A stretch of 64,000 nucleotides of DNA from Sphingopyxis sp. (GTDB lineage Bacteria > Pseudomonadota > Alphaproteobacteria > Sphingomonadales > Sphingomonadaceae), in NCBI GenBank assembly GCA_002733865.1, contig NVXM01000010.1, positions 49,953-113,952 on the forward strand. The letters are read 5' to 3'. The notes under the pieces were generated by a model. The model made no database searches, was not told the origin of the DNA, and saw only the letters and a program-made list of their open reading frames with translations. A program made the position numbers and the translations under genes. Positions 20,312 through 31,721 of the stretch are shown piece after piece. Every line of letters starts with the position of its first letter. Position 1 is the first letter of the stretch.

Positions 20312-22408
20312 ATGGGTCGAACCACATATCGTTGCTGCCTTGGCATGCTGGTTATTTTGCTGATGGGATCGCCCCTTCGGCCGGTACAGGCGCAGGCCAC
20401 GGAGCCGCCCGCCGCGAACGGAGAGGAGCAGTGGGACCAGGATACGCCGCTCGATCCGGACCAGCCGCTGACCGAATTCCCCGACTTTGGCGTCGAATGG
20501 CCCGATCTCGATGACGCATCGACCCCGGCCTTCGACACGAGCGCTGATGAGCAGGACGCGCCTGCCTTTACCGCTGAAGAAGAACAGGAAAATGAGCAGC
20601 TTCAAGCCGCCGCTGACCAGATCGCGGAGGATATTTCTCTCAACGAATATCGCCCAACCGATGCGATGGCCGAAACGGCGTACCGGATCAGCTTTGCCGG
20701 TTTGCCCGACACACTGAAAGAATCCTTTGGCGATCGTTTCGAGATCCTTTCCGTGCTTGAGGAATATCGCGGCGACGATGCCAATTTCGCCCAGATCCAG
20801 CGGCGGGCGCAAAGCGATACCGAATTGGTGGAACGACTGCTGCGGATCGAGGGCTATTATGACGCGGTCGTGCAGACCAGGTTTCAGGCCGACGGAGCGG
20901 AGCGGGTGGATGTGGTGTTCAACGTTCAGGCCGGCCCGCAATACAAGCTGGATGATATCGCCTTGCCCGGTCTGGAGGCCGCCGTGTCGCCCGATCCCGT
21001 AAAATTTCGGGAGACCTTCGGATTGCAGTCCGGCGCAGTCTTCAACAGCGACGCAATCATGAGTGCGATCAGCCGGCTTGATGTGGCAATGGCGGAGAGC
21101 GGTTATCCCTTCGCCGAAACCGCCGAGCCGGAGCTCGAAATCGATCATGCGGGCCGGCTCGGTGACCTGACGGTGCCGGTGACGCCGGGTGGGCGTTTCA
21201 ATTTCGGTTCCATCGTCATGGACCAAACCGATCTGTTTGGTCCAGACCATGTGCAGATGATCGCCCGTTTCAAGCCGGGTGACCTCTATCAGGCTTCGGA
21301 TCTGGAAGATTTGCGCAGGGCGTTGATCGCCACCGGTCTGGTGTCGACGATCTCGGTCGAGCCGGTTGCTGGTGACGATCCGGATGCGGTGGACATCGCG
21401 GTCAACGTGTCACCGGCGCCGCTGCGCACCATAGCGGGCGAACTGGGCTATGGCACCGGCGAAGGCGCCCGGGCAGAGGTCAGCTGGGAGCATCGGAATT
21501 TCTTCCCGCCCGAGGGTCTGGTCCGGGCCACTGCGGTCCTCGCGACGCAGGAACAATCCGGCAGCATTGCCTATCGCCGCAACAATTACCGTCGCCGCGA
21601 CAATATATTGAATGGCCGGGTGGCGTTGAGCGTCGTCGACCGTCCCGCATTCAAGGCACAGACATTCTCTGTCGCCGCCAATATCGAACGGCAGAGCAAT
21701 CTCATTTACCAGAAACGGTGGAGCTGGTCGGCTGGTGTCGAGCTGCTCGCATCGCGAGAAACGGATGTTACCGGCCCTGCTGGGGCGACGGGCCGCGACA
21801 CGTTTTTCATCGGCTCACTGCCGGGGCTGGTGACATTTGATGCCAGCGATGACTTGCTCGACCCCACGCAAGGCTTCCGCCTGACCGCTCGCGTTGCGCC
21901 CGAGGCCTCTTTGCAAAATGGCAGTTTTTTCTATGTTCGCAGCCAGTTCGACGGCAGCGCCTATTTCCCGGTTTCGGACAAGATTGTGCTGGCCGGCCGC
22001 GCGCGGGTGGGGACAATCGTCGGGGCCGGGAACAACCGGATCGCGCCGTCCCGCCGACTCTATTCCGGCGGAGGCGGATCGGTGCGCGGCTATGGCTATC
22101 AGAGCATCGGCCCGCGCGATTCCAACAATGACCCGGTAGGCGGGCGGTCGCTGGTCGAATTCTCGCTGGAAGCGCGCGTAAAGACCGGCTTCTTTGGTGG
22201 CAATTTTGGTGTGGTGCCGTTTATCGATGCTGGCAATGTCTATACCAGCAGCGCACCGGATATGTCGGGCTTGCGCTACGGTGCCGGCCTCGGCGTGCGC
22301 TATTATAGCGATTTCGGGCCCATCCGGATCGATGTCGGAACGCCGATCAATCCGCAGCCGGGCGATTCTCGCATCGCCGTCTATGTGTCTCTCGGGCAGG
22401 CTTTCTAG
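20312..22408 (+). CDS. tamA: Autotransporter assembly Omp85 protein TamA
   Basis: POTRA-like region, GGGGSVRGY, C-terminal YVSLGQAF; directly upstream of tamB. Confidence 0.9.
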   Translation: MGRTTYRCCLGMLVILLMGSPLRPVQAQATEPPAANGEEQWDQDTPLDPDQPLTEFPDFGVEWPDLDDASTPAFDTSADEQDAPAFTAEEEQENEQLQAAADQIAEDISLNEYRPTDAMAETAYRISFAGLPDTLKESFGDRFEILSVLEEYRGDDANFAQIQRRAQSDTELVERLLRIEGYYDAVVQTRFQADGAERVDVVFNVQAGPQYKLDDIALPGLEAAVSPDPVKFRETFGLQSGAVFNSDAIMSAISRLDVAMAESGYPFAETAEPELEIDHAGRLGDLTVPVTPGGRFNFGSIVMDQTDLFGPDHVQMIARFKPGDLYQASDLEDLRRALIATGLVSTISVEPVAGDDPDAVDIAVNVSPAPLRTIAGELGYGTGEGARAEVSWEHRNFFPPEGLVRATAVLATQEQSGSIAYRRNNYRRRDNILNGRVALSVVDRPAFKAQTFSVAANIERQSNLIYQKRWSWSAGVELLASRETDVTGPAGATGRDTFFIGSLPGLVTFDASDDLLDPTQGFRLTARVAPEASLQNGSFFYVRSQFDGSAYFPVSDKIVLAGRARVGTIVGAGNNRIAPSRRLYSGGGGSVRGYGYQSIGPRDSNNDPVGGRSLVEFSLEARVKTGFFGGNFGVVPFIDAGNVYTSSAPDMSGLRYGAGLGVRYYSDFGPIRIDVGTPINPQPGDSRIAVYVSLGQAF

Positions 22409-25400
22409 ATGGCCGAGAATGCCGCCAAACCCCGATTCAAGCTGATGACATGGCGTTGGCCGATGCGCAGCCTGATAGCGTTGGCCGCGCTTGTCATTGC
22501 TCTGCTGGCTGGCGCTGCAATATGGTTGGACAGCGCTCCCGGCCATCGTTTCATCATCAGGCAGGTGGAATCGCTGGCCCCGGAGGACGGATTGCGGATC
22601 GGCATCGCGGCCATCGACGGATCAATCTACGGCCATACAGAAGTGCAGGGGCTGACGCTCAGCGACCCGAAGGGCCGCTTCTTTAGCGCAGAGACCGTCG
22701 TCGTCGACTGGAATCCGCTGGCCTGGATATTCAACGAACTGAATATTTCCGACGCAGAGATAAAAAAGGGGCGGCTCGACCGGCTGCCGGCCCTGATCGA
22801 CAGCGGCGAGGATCAGCCGCTGCTGCCGGGCTTTGATATTTATGTCGGTGCCTTCCGCGCCGACAATCTGGCTCTCGGAAAGGCGCTTGCCGGCACCGAA
22901 CAATTCGCCAATCTTTCAGGTTCTGCTGACATCCGGGCCGGACGCGCAATGGTCCATCTCGATGCGGCCACGACCGCTAGCGGCGACAAGCTGTTTCTGG
23001 CTCTGAATGCGGAACCGGAGCGCCAAAAGCTTGATATCGATGCCGAGATAATCGCGCCTGCGGGCGGCGTCCTCGCCAATGCGTTCGGGCGCAAGCAAGA
23101 CCTCACGGTCACGCTCAAGGGCGATGGCACCTGGCAGCAATGGGACGGCGAACTTCAGGCGCTCAGCGACGGCACGCCATTAGCGGAGATCGTGCTCGAG
23201 GCTAAGGAAGGACTATTCGCTTATGAGGGTAGGCTCGACGGATCGCTAATGCCGCGCGGCGTGGCTGCGAAGCTCGCATCGCCCAATCTGACAATCAAGG
23301 GAAAAGCCAGTCTGGAGAACCGTCTGGTGAGTCTGGACTTGGAAGCGCGTTCGGCTGCCGTGTCCCTGATCGCAAACGGCGGCATTGACCTTGCCCGAAA
23401 CAGCATGGACGCCATGCGGATCGAATCCAGACTGATCAATCCCTCGGCGCTGGCTGCCAATATGAAAGCGCAGGATTTTGAGTTGAAAGCGCTGCTGAAC
23501 GGAAAATTTTCCGCCCTGCGTTTCCAATATCTGCTGACCGCGCCCCAGTTGGCATTTGGCAAGACCCTGCTGACCAATGTTCGCGGGGCAGGCGAGGGAC
23601 AGCGCGACGCGAAAGGCTGGGACATCCCGGTCGACCTTTCAGTCGGCACCCTGATCGGAAATGGCGAGTTGCTGAAGCAATTGCTTTCCGGCTTTACCGG
23701 ATCCGCTGTGCTGCGGCTGGAAAACGACCGGCTGTTTACCCAGAATGCCCGGGTGGCAACGAACTCGGCGAAGGGAACACTGGATCTCGAAATGCAGCCG
23801 TCGACCGGGGATTTTGCCATCGATATTGCGGCTGTCGCGCCGGGCTTCGCCGTGCGCGGCGTCGGCGTGGCCGATATCGTGGCTGACATCAATCTCGGAC
23901 CCGGCCCCGGCAGAATTGCGCTCGACGGGCAGGTCAATGCCCGGCTCCGCCGCTTTGATATCGGCTTTTTGCGGGAACTGGCCGGCGGTCTGCCGCAACT
24001 GAAGACCGGACTTTCGCTCGGCCCGGACGGCCGTTTGCGCTTTTCCAATCTCACTGTGGCCGCTCCAAAAATTGCATTTCGCGGATCTGGACGCCAAACC
24101 GCAGCCGCGACCTTCACTATTCAGGGTTCCGGCACACAGGAGAGCTACGGTGACTTTGATCTCCAGCTCGACGGACCGCTGGCGCGGCCGGATATCGCGC
24201 TCCTGCTGGACAGTCCGCTGCCTGCCGCGGGCCTGTCGGCAGTCAGTCTGAAGCTTGTGCCGGTACCCGACGGATTCGCCTATACTGCGTCCGGCGGCTC
24301 GACGCTGGGACCATTCAGCAGCGACGGGACCGTGCTAATCACCGCTGGTCAGGATACGGCGGTTCAGGTTGACCGGATATTGGTGTCCGACACGCTGGCG
24401 ACCGGCAGGATCAAACCCACTGCGGAGGGGCTCGACGGCACGCTGACGGTCAGCGGCGGCGGAGTGGACGGCGATATATTGTTCCGGCCGGGCAACGGGC
24501 AGCAGTTGATCCGCGCCGATCTCAAGGCCGAAAATGCGCGTTTTGACGGTAATCCACCGGTCTTCATCCGTAGCGCTGTGCTCGATGCGGATATCGTCCT
24601 GATCGATGGCCGCTCCAACGTCGATGCGACCCTTCGCGCGCAGGGCATCAGCCGTGGCGAACTGATTGTCGGCCGGATTGCCGCCAATGCCAAACTGACC
24701 GACGGCAGCGGCTCTGCAACCTTCACCATCGCCGGAACCCGCGGCAGCACCTTTGAGTTTCTGGCAAAAGCGGACATCACGCCCGATCGCTACCGGATCA
24801 CGGGCGCAGGCCAGTTTGAAGGCCGCAATCTGCGGCTGGCGCGCCCGCTCGAAATCCGCCGCGTCGATGACGGATGGACGGCCTCTCCCGCCACGATCAG
24901 TTACGGTGCCGGTTCCGCCCGACTGTCCGGTCGCTGGGGAAGCGGGGAATCCCGGCTGGACCTGACCATGGCGAAGATGCCGCTGTCGCTGCTCGATATC
25001 GGCTATCCTGACCTCGGGCTCGGCGGAACCGTAGAGGGCAAAGTCAAGCTAACCCAGTCAGGCGCGCGGGTGCCGGTCGGAGATGCCAGGCTCACCATCA
25101 GGGGGCTGACCCGGTCCGGTCTGATCCTGACCTCAGCCCCGGTCGATCTCGGTCTCAACATTTCCATATCGCAGCGCAATGCAGCGGCCCGGGGCATAAT
25201 AAGGTCCCCGGACGGCGAGACCCTCGGTCGTTTTCAGGGGCGGGTCACCGGACTGGGTAACGGCCGCTGGCAGGATGAACTGTTGCGCAAGCCGCTATTC
25301 GCTCAGGCGCGGTTCAACGGCGGTGCCGAAAGCCTCTGGCGGCTTACCGGTGTCGAAACCTTTGACCTGACCGGGCCGGTCGCGGCCAGCGCCGATGTCG

Positions 25401-26578
25401 GCGGCAGTCTCGCCGATCCGAAGATCAGGGGACAAGTCCGCACCAGCAACGCCCGACTGGAAAGCCCCCTGACAGGCACCGTCGTTTCCAATATCAAGGC
25501 CGTTGGCCGGTTTGACGGCTCGCGTCTTGTGTTGCCCAATCTGACCGGGGTCACCGCTGGCGGCGGCACGGTGAGCGGCGCCGGCAGTTTCAACTTTGCC
25601 GTTGCTAGAGGCGAGGGCATCGGTATCACGATGGATGTAAATGCCGAGCGGGCCGCGCTGATTGCGCGCGATGATTTTTCCGCCACCGTGACCGGGCCGA
25701 TCAAGATTCGCAGTGGGCCGGACGGCGGCCTGATTTCCGGCGACGTGACCCTGAACCGCAGTTTCTTTCGCTTTGGCCGCGCCAGTGCGTCTGCCAATCT
25801 GCCCGATATCCGGACTCGCGAGATCAATCGTCGTGCCGACGAACGGCCAGTGCGGATCCGCGACCGGCCCTGGCGCTTTGACTTGTCCGCGAGAGTCCCG
25901 AACCGGTTGCGGGTCGAGGGGCTGGGACTGGACAGCGAATGGAGCGCCGATCTCAAAATCTATGGGCCCGTCGACAATTTTGCGATGGTTGGCGCGGCCA
26001 ATCTGATCCAGGGCAATTACACTTTCGCCGGACGACGCTTCCGGCTGGAACGCGGCACGATCCGCTTTGTCGGCAACCAGCCAGTCGATCCCAATCTGGA
26101 TATCGAGGCCGAGGCCAATCTCACTGGTCTCAATGCCACGATCAAGGTCACCGGCTCGGGCAATGAACCGGAAATCGCATTTGCCAGCATCCCGGCGCTG
26201 CCGCAGGATGAACTGCTGTCGCGGATATTGTTCGGCGCATCGATCGCCGATCTGTCCGCGCCAGAAGCGGTGCAGCTCGCCGCAGCAGTAGCCTCGCTCA
26301 ATAGCGGCGGCGGGCTCGATCCGATAAACCAGCTGCGCAAGGCCGTCGGCCTCGACCGCTTGCGCATCCTCCCCTCCGACACCGAAACCGGCTCCGGAAC
26401 GTCAATAGCGGCAGGCAAATATATCACTCGCCGCGCCTATGTGGAGCTGATCACCGACGGCAAGGGCTATAGCGCGACCCAGCTCGAATATCAGATCACC
26501 CGCTGGCTTTCGATCCTCTCGAGCATCTCAACCCTCGGTCGCCAAAGCGCCAACGTACGGGTCAGCAAGGATTATTAG
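22409..26578 (+). CDS. tamB: Translocation and assembly module TamB
   Basis: 1389 aa with N-terminal TM; C-terminal DUF490-like PALPQDELLSRILFG...AGKYIT. Confidence 0.9.
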   Translation: MAENAAKPRFKLMTWRWPMRSLIALAALVIALLAGAAIWLDSAPGHRFIIRQVESLAPEDGLRIGIAAIDGSIYGHTEVQGLTLSDPKGRFFSAETVVVDWNPLAWIFNELNISDAEIKKGRLDRLPALIDSGEDQPLLPGFDIYVGAFRADNLALGKALAGTEQFANLSGSADIRAGRAMVHLDAATTASGDKLFLALNAEPERQKLDIDAEIIAPAGGVLANAFGRKQDLTVTLKGDGTWQQWDGELQALSDGTPLAEIVLEAKEGLFAYEGRLDGSLMPRGVAAKLASPNLTIKGKASLENRLVSLDLEARSAAVSLIANGGIDLARNSMDAMRIESRLINPSALAANMKAQDFELKALLNGKFSALRFQYLLTAPQLAFGKTLLTNVRGAGEGQRDAKGWDIPVDLSVGTLIGNGELLKQLLSGFTGSAVLRLENDRLFTQNARVATNSAKGTLDLEMQPSTGDFAIDIAAVAPGFAVRGVGVADIVADINLGPGPGRIALDGQVNARLRRFDIGFLRELAGGLPQLKTGLSLGPDGRLRFSNLTVAAPKIAFRGSGRQTAAATFTIQGSGTQESYGDFDLQLDGPLARPDIALLLDSPLPAAGLSAVSLKLVPVPDGFAYTASGGSTLGPFSSDGTVLITAGQDTAVQVDRILVSDTLATGRIKPTAEGLDGTLTVSGGGVDGDILFRPGNGQQLIRADLKAENARFDGNPPVFIRSAVLDADIVLIDGRSNVDATLRAQGISRGELIVGRIAANAKLTDGSGSATFTIAGTRGSTFEFLAKADITPDRYRITGAGQFEGRNLRLARPLEIRRVDDGWTASPATISYGAGSARLSGRWGSGESRLDLTMAKMPLSLLDIGYPDLGLGGTVEGKVKLTQSGARVPVGDARLTIRGLTRSGLILTSAPVDLGLNISISQRNAAARGIIRSPDGETLGRFQGRVTGLGNGRWQDELLRKPLFAQARFNGGAESLWRLTGVETFDLTGPVAASADVGGSLADPKIRGQVRTSNARLESPLTGTVVSNIKAVGRFDGSRLVLPNLTGVTAGGGTVSGAGSFNFAVARGEGIGITMDVNAERAALIARDDFSATVTGPIKIRSGPDGGLISGDVTLNRSFFRFGRASASANLPDIRTREINRRADERPVRIRDRPWRFDLSARVPNRLRVEGLGLDSEWSADLKIYGPVDNFAMVGAANLIQGNYTFAGRRFRLERGTIRFVGNQPVDPNLDIEAEANLTGLNATIKVTGSGNEPEIAFASIPALPQDELLSRILFGASIADLSAPEAVQLAAAVASLNSGGGLDPINQLRKAVGLDRLRILPSDTETGSGTSIAAGKYITRRAYVELITDGKGYSATQLEYQITRWLSILSSISTLGRQSANVRVSKDY

Positions 26579-26698
26579 CGCTAGCGGCAATGGGGCAAAG
26601 TGGCATGGCAAGTACAAGCGTGTCCGGCAGCCTGCCGACCTTGTTCCGTCTCAGTCGCTTCAGTGGATTTCCGAAACGATAACAGCATCAAAAGCGCG

Positions 26699-28591
26699 TC
26701 AGGCAGCAAGCTTTTGGCTGTTTGCAAGCTCCTGCGCCTTATCCTTGGTTATCGGAGGAGAGAGATAGTAGCCCTGAAGCCGATCGCAACCCAATCCCCC
26801 CAGTACCGCAACCTGATCTTTGCACTCTACCTTCTCGGCGGTTGAGGGCGCGCCAATTGCCGAGCATAATTGTATGATGCCCTGGACCAGGCGCCGTGCA
26901 TCCCGTGAATGGATAATATCGGCGATCAACTCGCCGTCGATCTTCACCCTGTCGAATTTTATCTGTTGCAGATATGTGATGCACGCGAACCCCGAGCCAA
27001 AATCATCGAGAGCAACCCGGATCCCTGTCTTCCGGAGAAGGTCGAGCTGTTCGCGAGCCGTATCAAAGTCTGACAGCAGCGAGGTTTCGGTCACTTCTAC
27101 TTCAAGCCGCCTTGGATCGAAACCGTGACGGTTGCATAGCGACAAAATCATCAACGGCGTGCTCGCTCGGCTGAGATCCACCCCGCTCAGGTTGATGGAA
27201 AGTCCTATTGCCGGGTCCCAGCCCGTTGCTTCTCGGATGGCAGCGTCGAAAATTTGCTCAGACAGCGCAGCAATGCTGTCTGTTTGTTCTGCGATTTCGA
27301 TAAATTCGAGCGGCGGAATTGGTCCAAGTTGCGGCTGGTTCCAACGTGCTAGCGCTTCGAAACAGGCAATTTTCTTGGTCTGCACGTCGAAGATCGGTTG
27401 AAATACAACCTCGATAGTCGGGGCGGGATTGGTTTCCCGGAGCGATTGCTCGATAATTATGCGCCGCTTCAAACGCACAGCCATAGTTGGCAAGAACCAC
27501 GACATTGCCTTGCCACCGTGGTTTTTTACCTCGTAAAGGGCGACGTCGGCTCGCGACATGACCGCCAGTGCGGATGAATCGTGTAGGGAGTGACTAGCAA
27601 GCCCAACAGATGCCGATAGCCGTAGGTTCGAATCTGACAACGAAAATGGTCGGCTCATTTCCTGAACGATTCTATTGCCGGTATCATCGAATTTCTCACT
27701 GGCTTCGTCTGCCACCATCAATACGGCGAATTCGTCACCGCCCAGTCTGGCGACCATTTGACAGTCCTGACATATCTTTTGCAAACGTACGCCAGCCTGG
27801 ATCAGGACGTCATCGCCAGAGGCATGTCCAAACGTGTCGTTGATCGCCTTGAAGCCATCAAGATCGATCAGTGCGACGGCTACGGTCTTGGCATTTTTCG
27901 ATGCGGAGTCGACGGTTTGCTCAAGACACTCGGTGAAAGCGCGGCGGTTGGGCAGTCCAGTCAGCGAATCTGAATATGCGAGGGCCTTGACCTGTGAGCG
28001 AGATGTGACGCTCTCGACAAGGTGATTATACTGATGCACCACCAGGCGGAGGACCAGAAGAAAAATAAGCAGCAGGTTTACGCCTGCGGCTATTTTCATA
28101 TGGACGCCGGACGTCAGCAAAACAAAGATGACCGGAGTGACCGAGAAAATTACAGTTGCGAAGGCGGCTTTGGGCAGGCTGCTCAGGCAGTATGTGCATG
28201 CAATTGCGCCAAAAGCTATAAACAGCGTTACGAAAGGTGTGTCGCCGACTTCCCACTGCAGCAACGCCACGCTCCACACGCCAAGCCCCATACTGACAAC
28301 GCCTGCGATAACCGTAGTCGACTGTAAATATTGGGTGATACGTTCTTCGCTGGGCGAGACATCTTTCCGCGCCAACCAGATTGTGGCGCGAACCACCACG
28401 AGTGACAGAAAGATGCCCGGCACCACGACCGACAATAGCACCGGTACCGCACCATAGACCGAATAGCATAAGACGATCGTATTGATTAACAGCACGCCGT
28501 AAAGTGTAGGTACTTGCTTACAAAGGTTCCGAAATTGTTCAGCCTGCAGATCTGGTATTAACTGCGACGGCAGCTTAGCTGTTAATCTCAA
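26699..28591 (-). CDS. Membrane GGDEF-EAL protein
   Basis: TM region, RLGGDEF, FEALARW, DDFGSG. Confidence 0.92.
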   Translation of the reverse strand: MRLTAKLPSQLIPDLQAEQFRNLCKQVPTLYGVLLINTIVLCYSVYGAVPVLLSVVVPGIFLSLVVVRATIWLARKDVSPSEERITQYLQSTTVIAGVVSMGLGVWSVALLQWEVGDTPFVTLFIAFGAIACTYCLSSLPKAAFATVIFSVTPVIFVLLTSGVHMKIAAGVNLLLIFLLVLRLVVHQYNHLVESVTSRSQVKALAYSDSLTGLPNRRAFTECLEQTVDSASKNAKTVAVALIDLDGFKAINDTFGHASGDDVLIQAGVRLQKICQDCQMVARLGGDEFAVLMVADEASEKFDDTGNRIVQEMSRPFSLSDSNLRLSASVGLASHSLHDSSALAVMSRADVALYEVKNHGGKAMSWFLPTMAVRLKRRIIIEQSLRETNPAPTIEVVFQPIFDVQTKKIACFEALARWNQPQLGPIPPLEFIEIAEQTDSIAALSEQIFDAAIREATGWDPAIGLSINLSGVDLSRASTPLMILSLCNRHGFDPRRLEVEVTETSLLSDFDTAREQLDLLRKTGIRVALDDFGSGFACITYLQQIKFDRVKIDGELIADIIHSRDARRLVQGIIQLCSAIGAPSTAEKVECKDQVAVLGGLGCDRLQGYYLSPPITKDKAQELANSQKLAA

Positions 28592-28707
28592 AAGTGCTCT
28601 CCACTGGTGAGCTTACGCTATGGGCACTGAAGGTTAACATATTGGTTAATTCAAATGTCGTTCAAATAGACAACAGATGACTCCATGTCGGTAGATCCCG
28701 TTTGAAG

Positions 28708-28998
28708 CTATTCTGATATAGCTTTGTGTCGATTTGCAGAGGCTTGTGCAGGTTCGACCGGTCCTCGTGGGTCCATCACCTTGTTCACCAGTGAATCAGC
28801 ACCGGCATTGCCGAGCAGACGGCCCATTTCGATAGCAACTTCGGGGGTCATGCTGATCACGTCCCCGTTATAGCCTTCAACAAATACATGGCCGTCTTCG
28901 ACCCACACTTTTCTTGGTTTACCATAAGCCTCGGTCTCAGCCAAGCGCTCGGAAATCTTGGCTCGTTCTGCGTTAGACGGTAGATTGAACTGTGCCAT
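28708..28998 (-). CDS. Hypothetical protein
   Basis: 96-aa ORF with an AGGAGG RBS; no recognised motif. Confidence 0.65.
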   Translation of the reverse strand: MAQFNLPSNAERAKISERLAETEAYGKPRKVWVEDGHVFVEGYNGDVISMTPEVAIEMGRLLGNAGADSLVNKVMDPRGPVEPAQASANRHKAISE

Positions 28999-29114
28999 TA
29001 CTGTCCTCCTGAAAATCCATCTCACAATTGCTTCCGATCAGCGAGATTTTCTGTGTAGTGACGGCAAAGCATACACAAAGTGGCTGGTCATTAAAAGGCG
29101 CTGACTATATTCAC

Positions 29115-29301
29115 CAAAAAACCCGGACAATCGTTTGCACTAGGCTATTTATTTGCAATCGAATCGAAACAATCAGCTTGAATAGTATAGTCGAACTCGA
29201 CGGGCTTCGGCGTCACTCCCCAGCGGCTGACTTCTTCCGACTTCAGTTTTGCATAGGCATCGATCTGGTCTTTCGAGAACTTATCGCCCAGCAGCAGAAA
29301 C
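29115..29301 (-). repeat. Decayed duplicate of the glnA 3' end and its terminator
   Basis: Aligns to ~32834-33021; translates [28 protein letters not shown]. Confidence 0.88.
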
Positions 29302-29499
29302 ACGTAAGCGAAAGCGTCAGGCGTCAGAGCGCCAACATGCGGGTCAGCAAGGACTACTGACGCCTCCGATGAGCCGCGGCTTGGCAACGCCGGTCGGAGA
29401 GGCGCGCCGGAGGGGGACAGTCGCCATGCATGTCCCACGGTATCGCTAGCCGGCAGCGTGACAAAAGTGCCACCATGTCTACGCTATCATTTTTCTTTG

Positions 29500-29520
29500 T
29501 ATGAGAATGAATTGCAATAG
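29500..29520 (+). promoter_or_regulatory. Putative Fur-type iron box
   Basis: TGAGAATGAATTGCA, an imperfect 7-1-7 dyad upstream of a TonB receptor. Confidence 0.5.
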
Positions 29521-29579
29521 CATTAATTGCTGGCTAATCGCCGCGTTCAAACGAATCAGGAATTAGGGCTAGCACACAG

Positions 29580-31721
29580 ATGAAAAACTTGTTTTGGACA
29601 TTGACGCCTCTGGCGATCCTCCCGTTGGCCATCGTCGGCACGCCAGCAGTCGCGCAGCAGCAATCGTCGGATCGCGCTCGTGCCAATGACGACGACCAGC
29701 CGATCATCGTCACCGCCACCCGCAGCCAGCTGCCAGTCAGCGCTCTGCCGATCACGGTCGATGTCATCGACAGCGCGCAGCTGGCCGATCAGATTGCAAT
29801 CAGCGGTTCGACGGTTGATGCGATATCGGCTCTGTCGCCTTCCTTTTCTCCGACCCGGCAAAAGCTGAGTGGCGCGGGCGAAAGCCTGCGCGGCCGTGCA
29901 CCTTTGTTTGCTATCAACGGCGTACCGCAGTCGACTCCGATCCGCGACGGGTCGCGTGATGGCTATACGATTGACCCGTTTTTTGTCGACCGGGTGGAGC
30001 TGATCTACGGTTCGAACGCGTTGCAGGGCATTGGCGCCACCGGCGGGGTTATCAATCAGGTGCTGGTCGGTGCGCCTTCCGAGGATGGCCTGAGTGGCCG
30101 GGTGCTGCTACAGGGCTCGGGCGGCGACAATTTTCAGGGCGAGGGCCTCGGCGGCAAGGCAGGCGGTCTGTTCAGCTATCGCGCGGGAGCCTTTGACGCG
30201 AGCCTTGGCGCGACCGTTGAACGGCGCGGGATCTTTTTTGACGGCAACGGCAACCGCGTCGGTGTCGATGGCACGCAGGGCGATATCCAGGACAGCGACA
30301 GCTGGTCGATCTTCGGCCGCTTCGGTTACCAGCTGTCGGACAGCGCCCGGCTCGAATTGGTCGCCAACCGTTTCAGCCTCGAGGGCAATGCCAATTATGT
30401 CAGCGTCAGCGGTGATCGCGCCGCCGGCATTCCGGCCACCTCGGTGCGCGGTTCCACACCGGGCGATCCGCCATCCAACCGCAACGAGCTGGTGTCGCTG
30501 TCGCTCACCGACGACGATCTCGCTGGCGGGACCTTCACTCTGCAAGCCTTTTTCAACCGCTCGCGCGACGTGTTTGGCGGCGGCGTTTTCGGCACGTTCC
30601 AGGATCCCGCCATCGATCCGACCGGCAATCTGTTCGAACAGTCTGCCAACCGCTCGCGCAAGCTCGGCGGCAAGGTCACTTATGAGCGCGAAATCCTCCG
30701 CGACCTGACGGTGACGGCCGGCTTCGACACCCTGTTCGACAGCACCGAGCAGGTTCTGGTCCAGACCGACCGTGCATGGGTGCCGGAAACCCAATTCCGC
30801 AGCCTTGCGCCCTTCGGTCAGGTCAATCTTGGCCTGTTCGACCGGCTGGTGACACTGGCCGGCGGCGTCCGCTGGGAAAATGTCCAGCTGAAGGTGGACG
30901 ATTTCACCACGATCGCGAGCGCCGGCAGCACCGCCGTGTCCGGTGGCAGTCCCGAATTTGACAAATGGCTGCCCAACGCTGGCATTATCATTGAGCCGGT
31001 CAGGGGCATTCGCGCCTATGGCAGCTATTCGAAAGGCTATACCGTCCCCGATGTCGGCCGGATCTTGCGCGGGATCACGACTCCCGGCGTCAACATCGAC
31101 AATTTTCTCGACGTCACTCCGATCATTTCCGACAACCGCGAACTGGGGCTGGAGGTCAAGCGCGGGCCGCTGGATGCCAGTGTCACCTATTTCTGGTCGT
31201 CGAGCGATTTCGGCCAGCGGCTGGTGCTCAATGCCGACGGCATTTTCGACGTGCGCCGCGAGGCGGTGGAGATCCAGGGGCTGGAAATCAACCTTGGTGT
31301 CGAAACGCCGTTGCCAGGCTTGAAGCTCGGCGTCGGTTACAGCAATCTTAGCGGGCGAGTGGATACCGACGGCGATGGCGCGGTCGACGATGATCTCGAC
31401 GGCAGCAATATTTCGCCGGACCGGCTCAACCTCTCGGCCGATTATAGCAGCGGCCCTCTGTCCGCGCGCGTGCAGGGCCAATATTATCTCTCCCGCGGCT
31501 TCAAAGGCCAGCCGGCCAGCGCCGATTTTGAAGGCTATACCATCGTCAATGCGTTGGTGCGCTACGACACCGGCTGGGGTGCCGTCAGCCTCGCTGCCCA
31601 GAATCTGTTCGACGAATATTATGTCAGCTACGACAGCGACACCGTGCGCACCACCGACAATGATCGTTTCTTTGCCGGCCGCGGACGCACGATCACGCTG
31701 GGGTGGGACTGGCGCTTTTAA
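29580..31721 (+). CDS. TonB-dependent receptor, probably ferric siderophore type
   Basis: Signal peptide, IIVTATR TonB-box region, RVELIYG, C-terminal WRF. Confidence 0.92.
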   Translation: MKNLFWTLTPLAILPLAIVGTPAVAQQQSSDRARANDDDQPIIVTATRSQLPVSALPITVDVIDSAQLADQIAISGSTVDAISALSPSFSPTRQKLSGAGESLRGRAPLFAINGVPQSTPIRDGSRDGYTIDPFFVDRVELIYGSNALQGIGATGGVINQVLVGAPSEDGLSGRVLLQGSGGDNFQGEGLGGKAGGLFSYRAGAFDASLGATVERRGIFFDGNGNRVGVDGTQGDIQDSDSWSIFGRFGYQLSDSARLELVANRFSLEGNANYVSVSGDRAAGIPATSVRGSTPGDPPSNRNELVSLSLTDDDLAGGTFTLQAFFNRSRDVFGGGVFGTFQDPAIDPTGNLFEQSANRSRKLGGKVTYEREILRDLTVTAGFDTLFDSTEQVLVQTDRAWVPETQFRSLAPFGQVNLGLFDRLVTLAGGVRWENVQLKVDDFTTIASAGSTAVSGGSPEFDKWLPNAGIIIEPVRGIRAYGSYSKGYTVPDVGRILRGITTPGVNIDNFLDVTPIISDNRELGLEVKRGPLDASVTYFWSSSDFGQRLVLNADGIFDVRREAVEIQGLEINLGVETPLPGLKLGVGYSNLSGRVDTDGDGAVDDDLDGSNISPDRLNLSADYSSGPLSARVQGQYYLSRGFKGQPASADFEGYTIVNALVRYDTGWGAVSLAAQNLFDEYYVSYDSDTVRTTDNDRFFAGRGRTITLGWDWRF

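Noticed and set aside
17955-20327. 790-aa minus-strand ORF and similar long shadow ORFs (2289-3752, 30108-31859, 35019-36800)
   Set aside because: Antisense to well-supported genes; expected in GC-rich DNA; no motifs.
29145-29438. 97-aa ORF as a functional GlnA-like protein
   Set aside because: Only a frameshifted C-terminal fragment of glnA; treated as a duplication scar.
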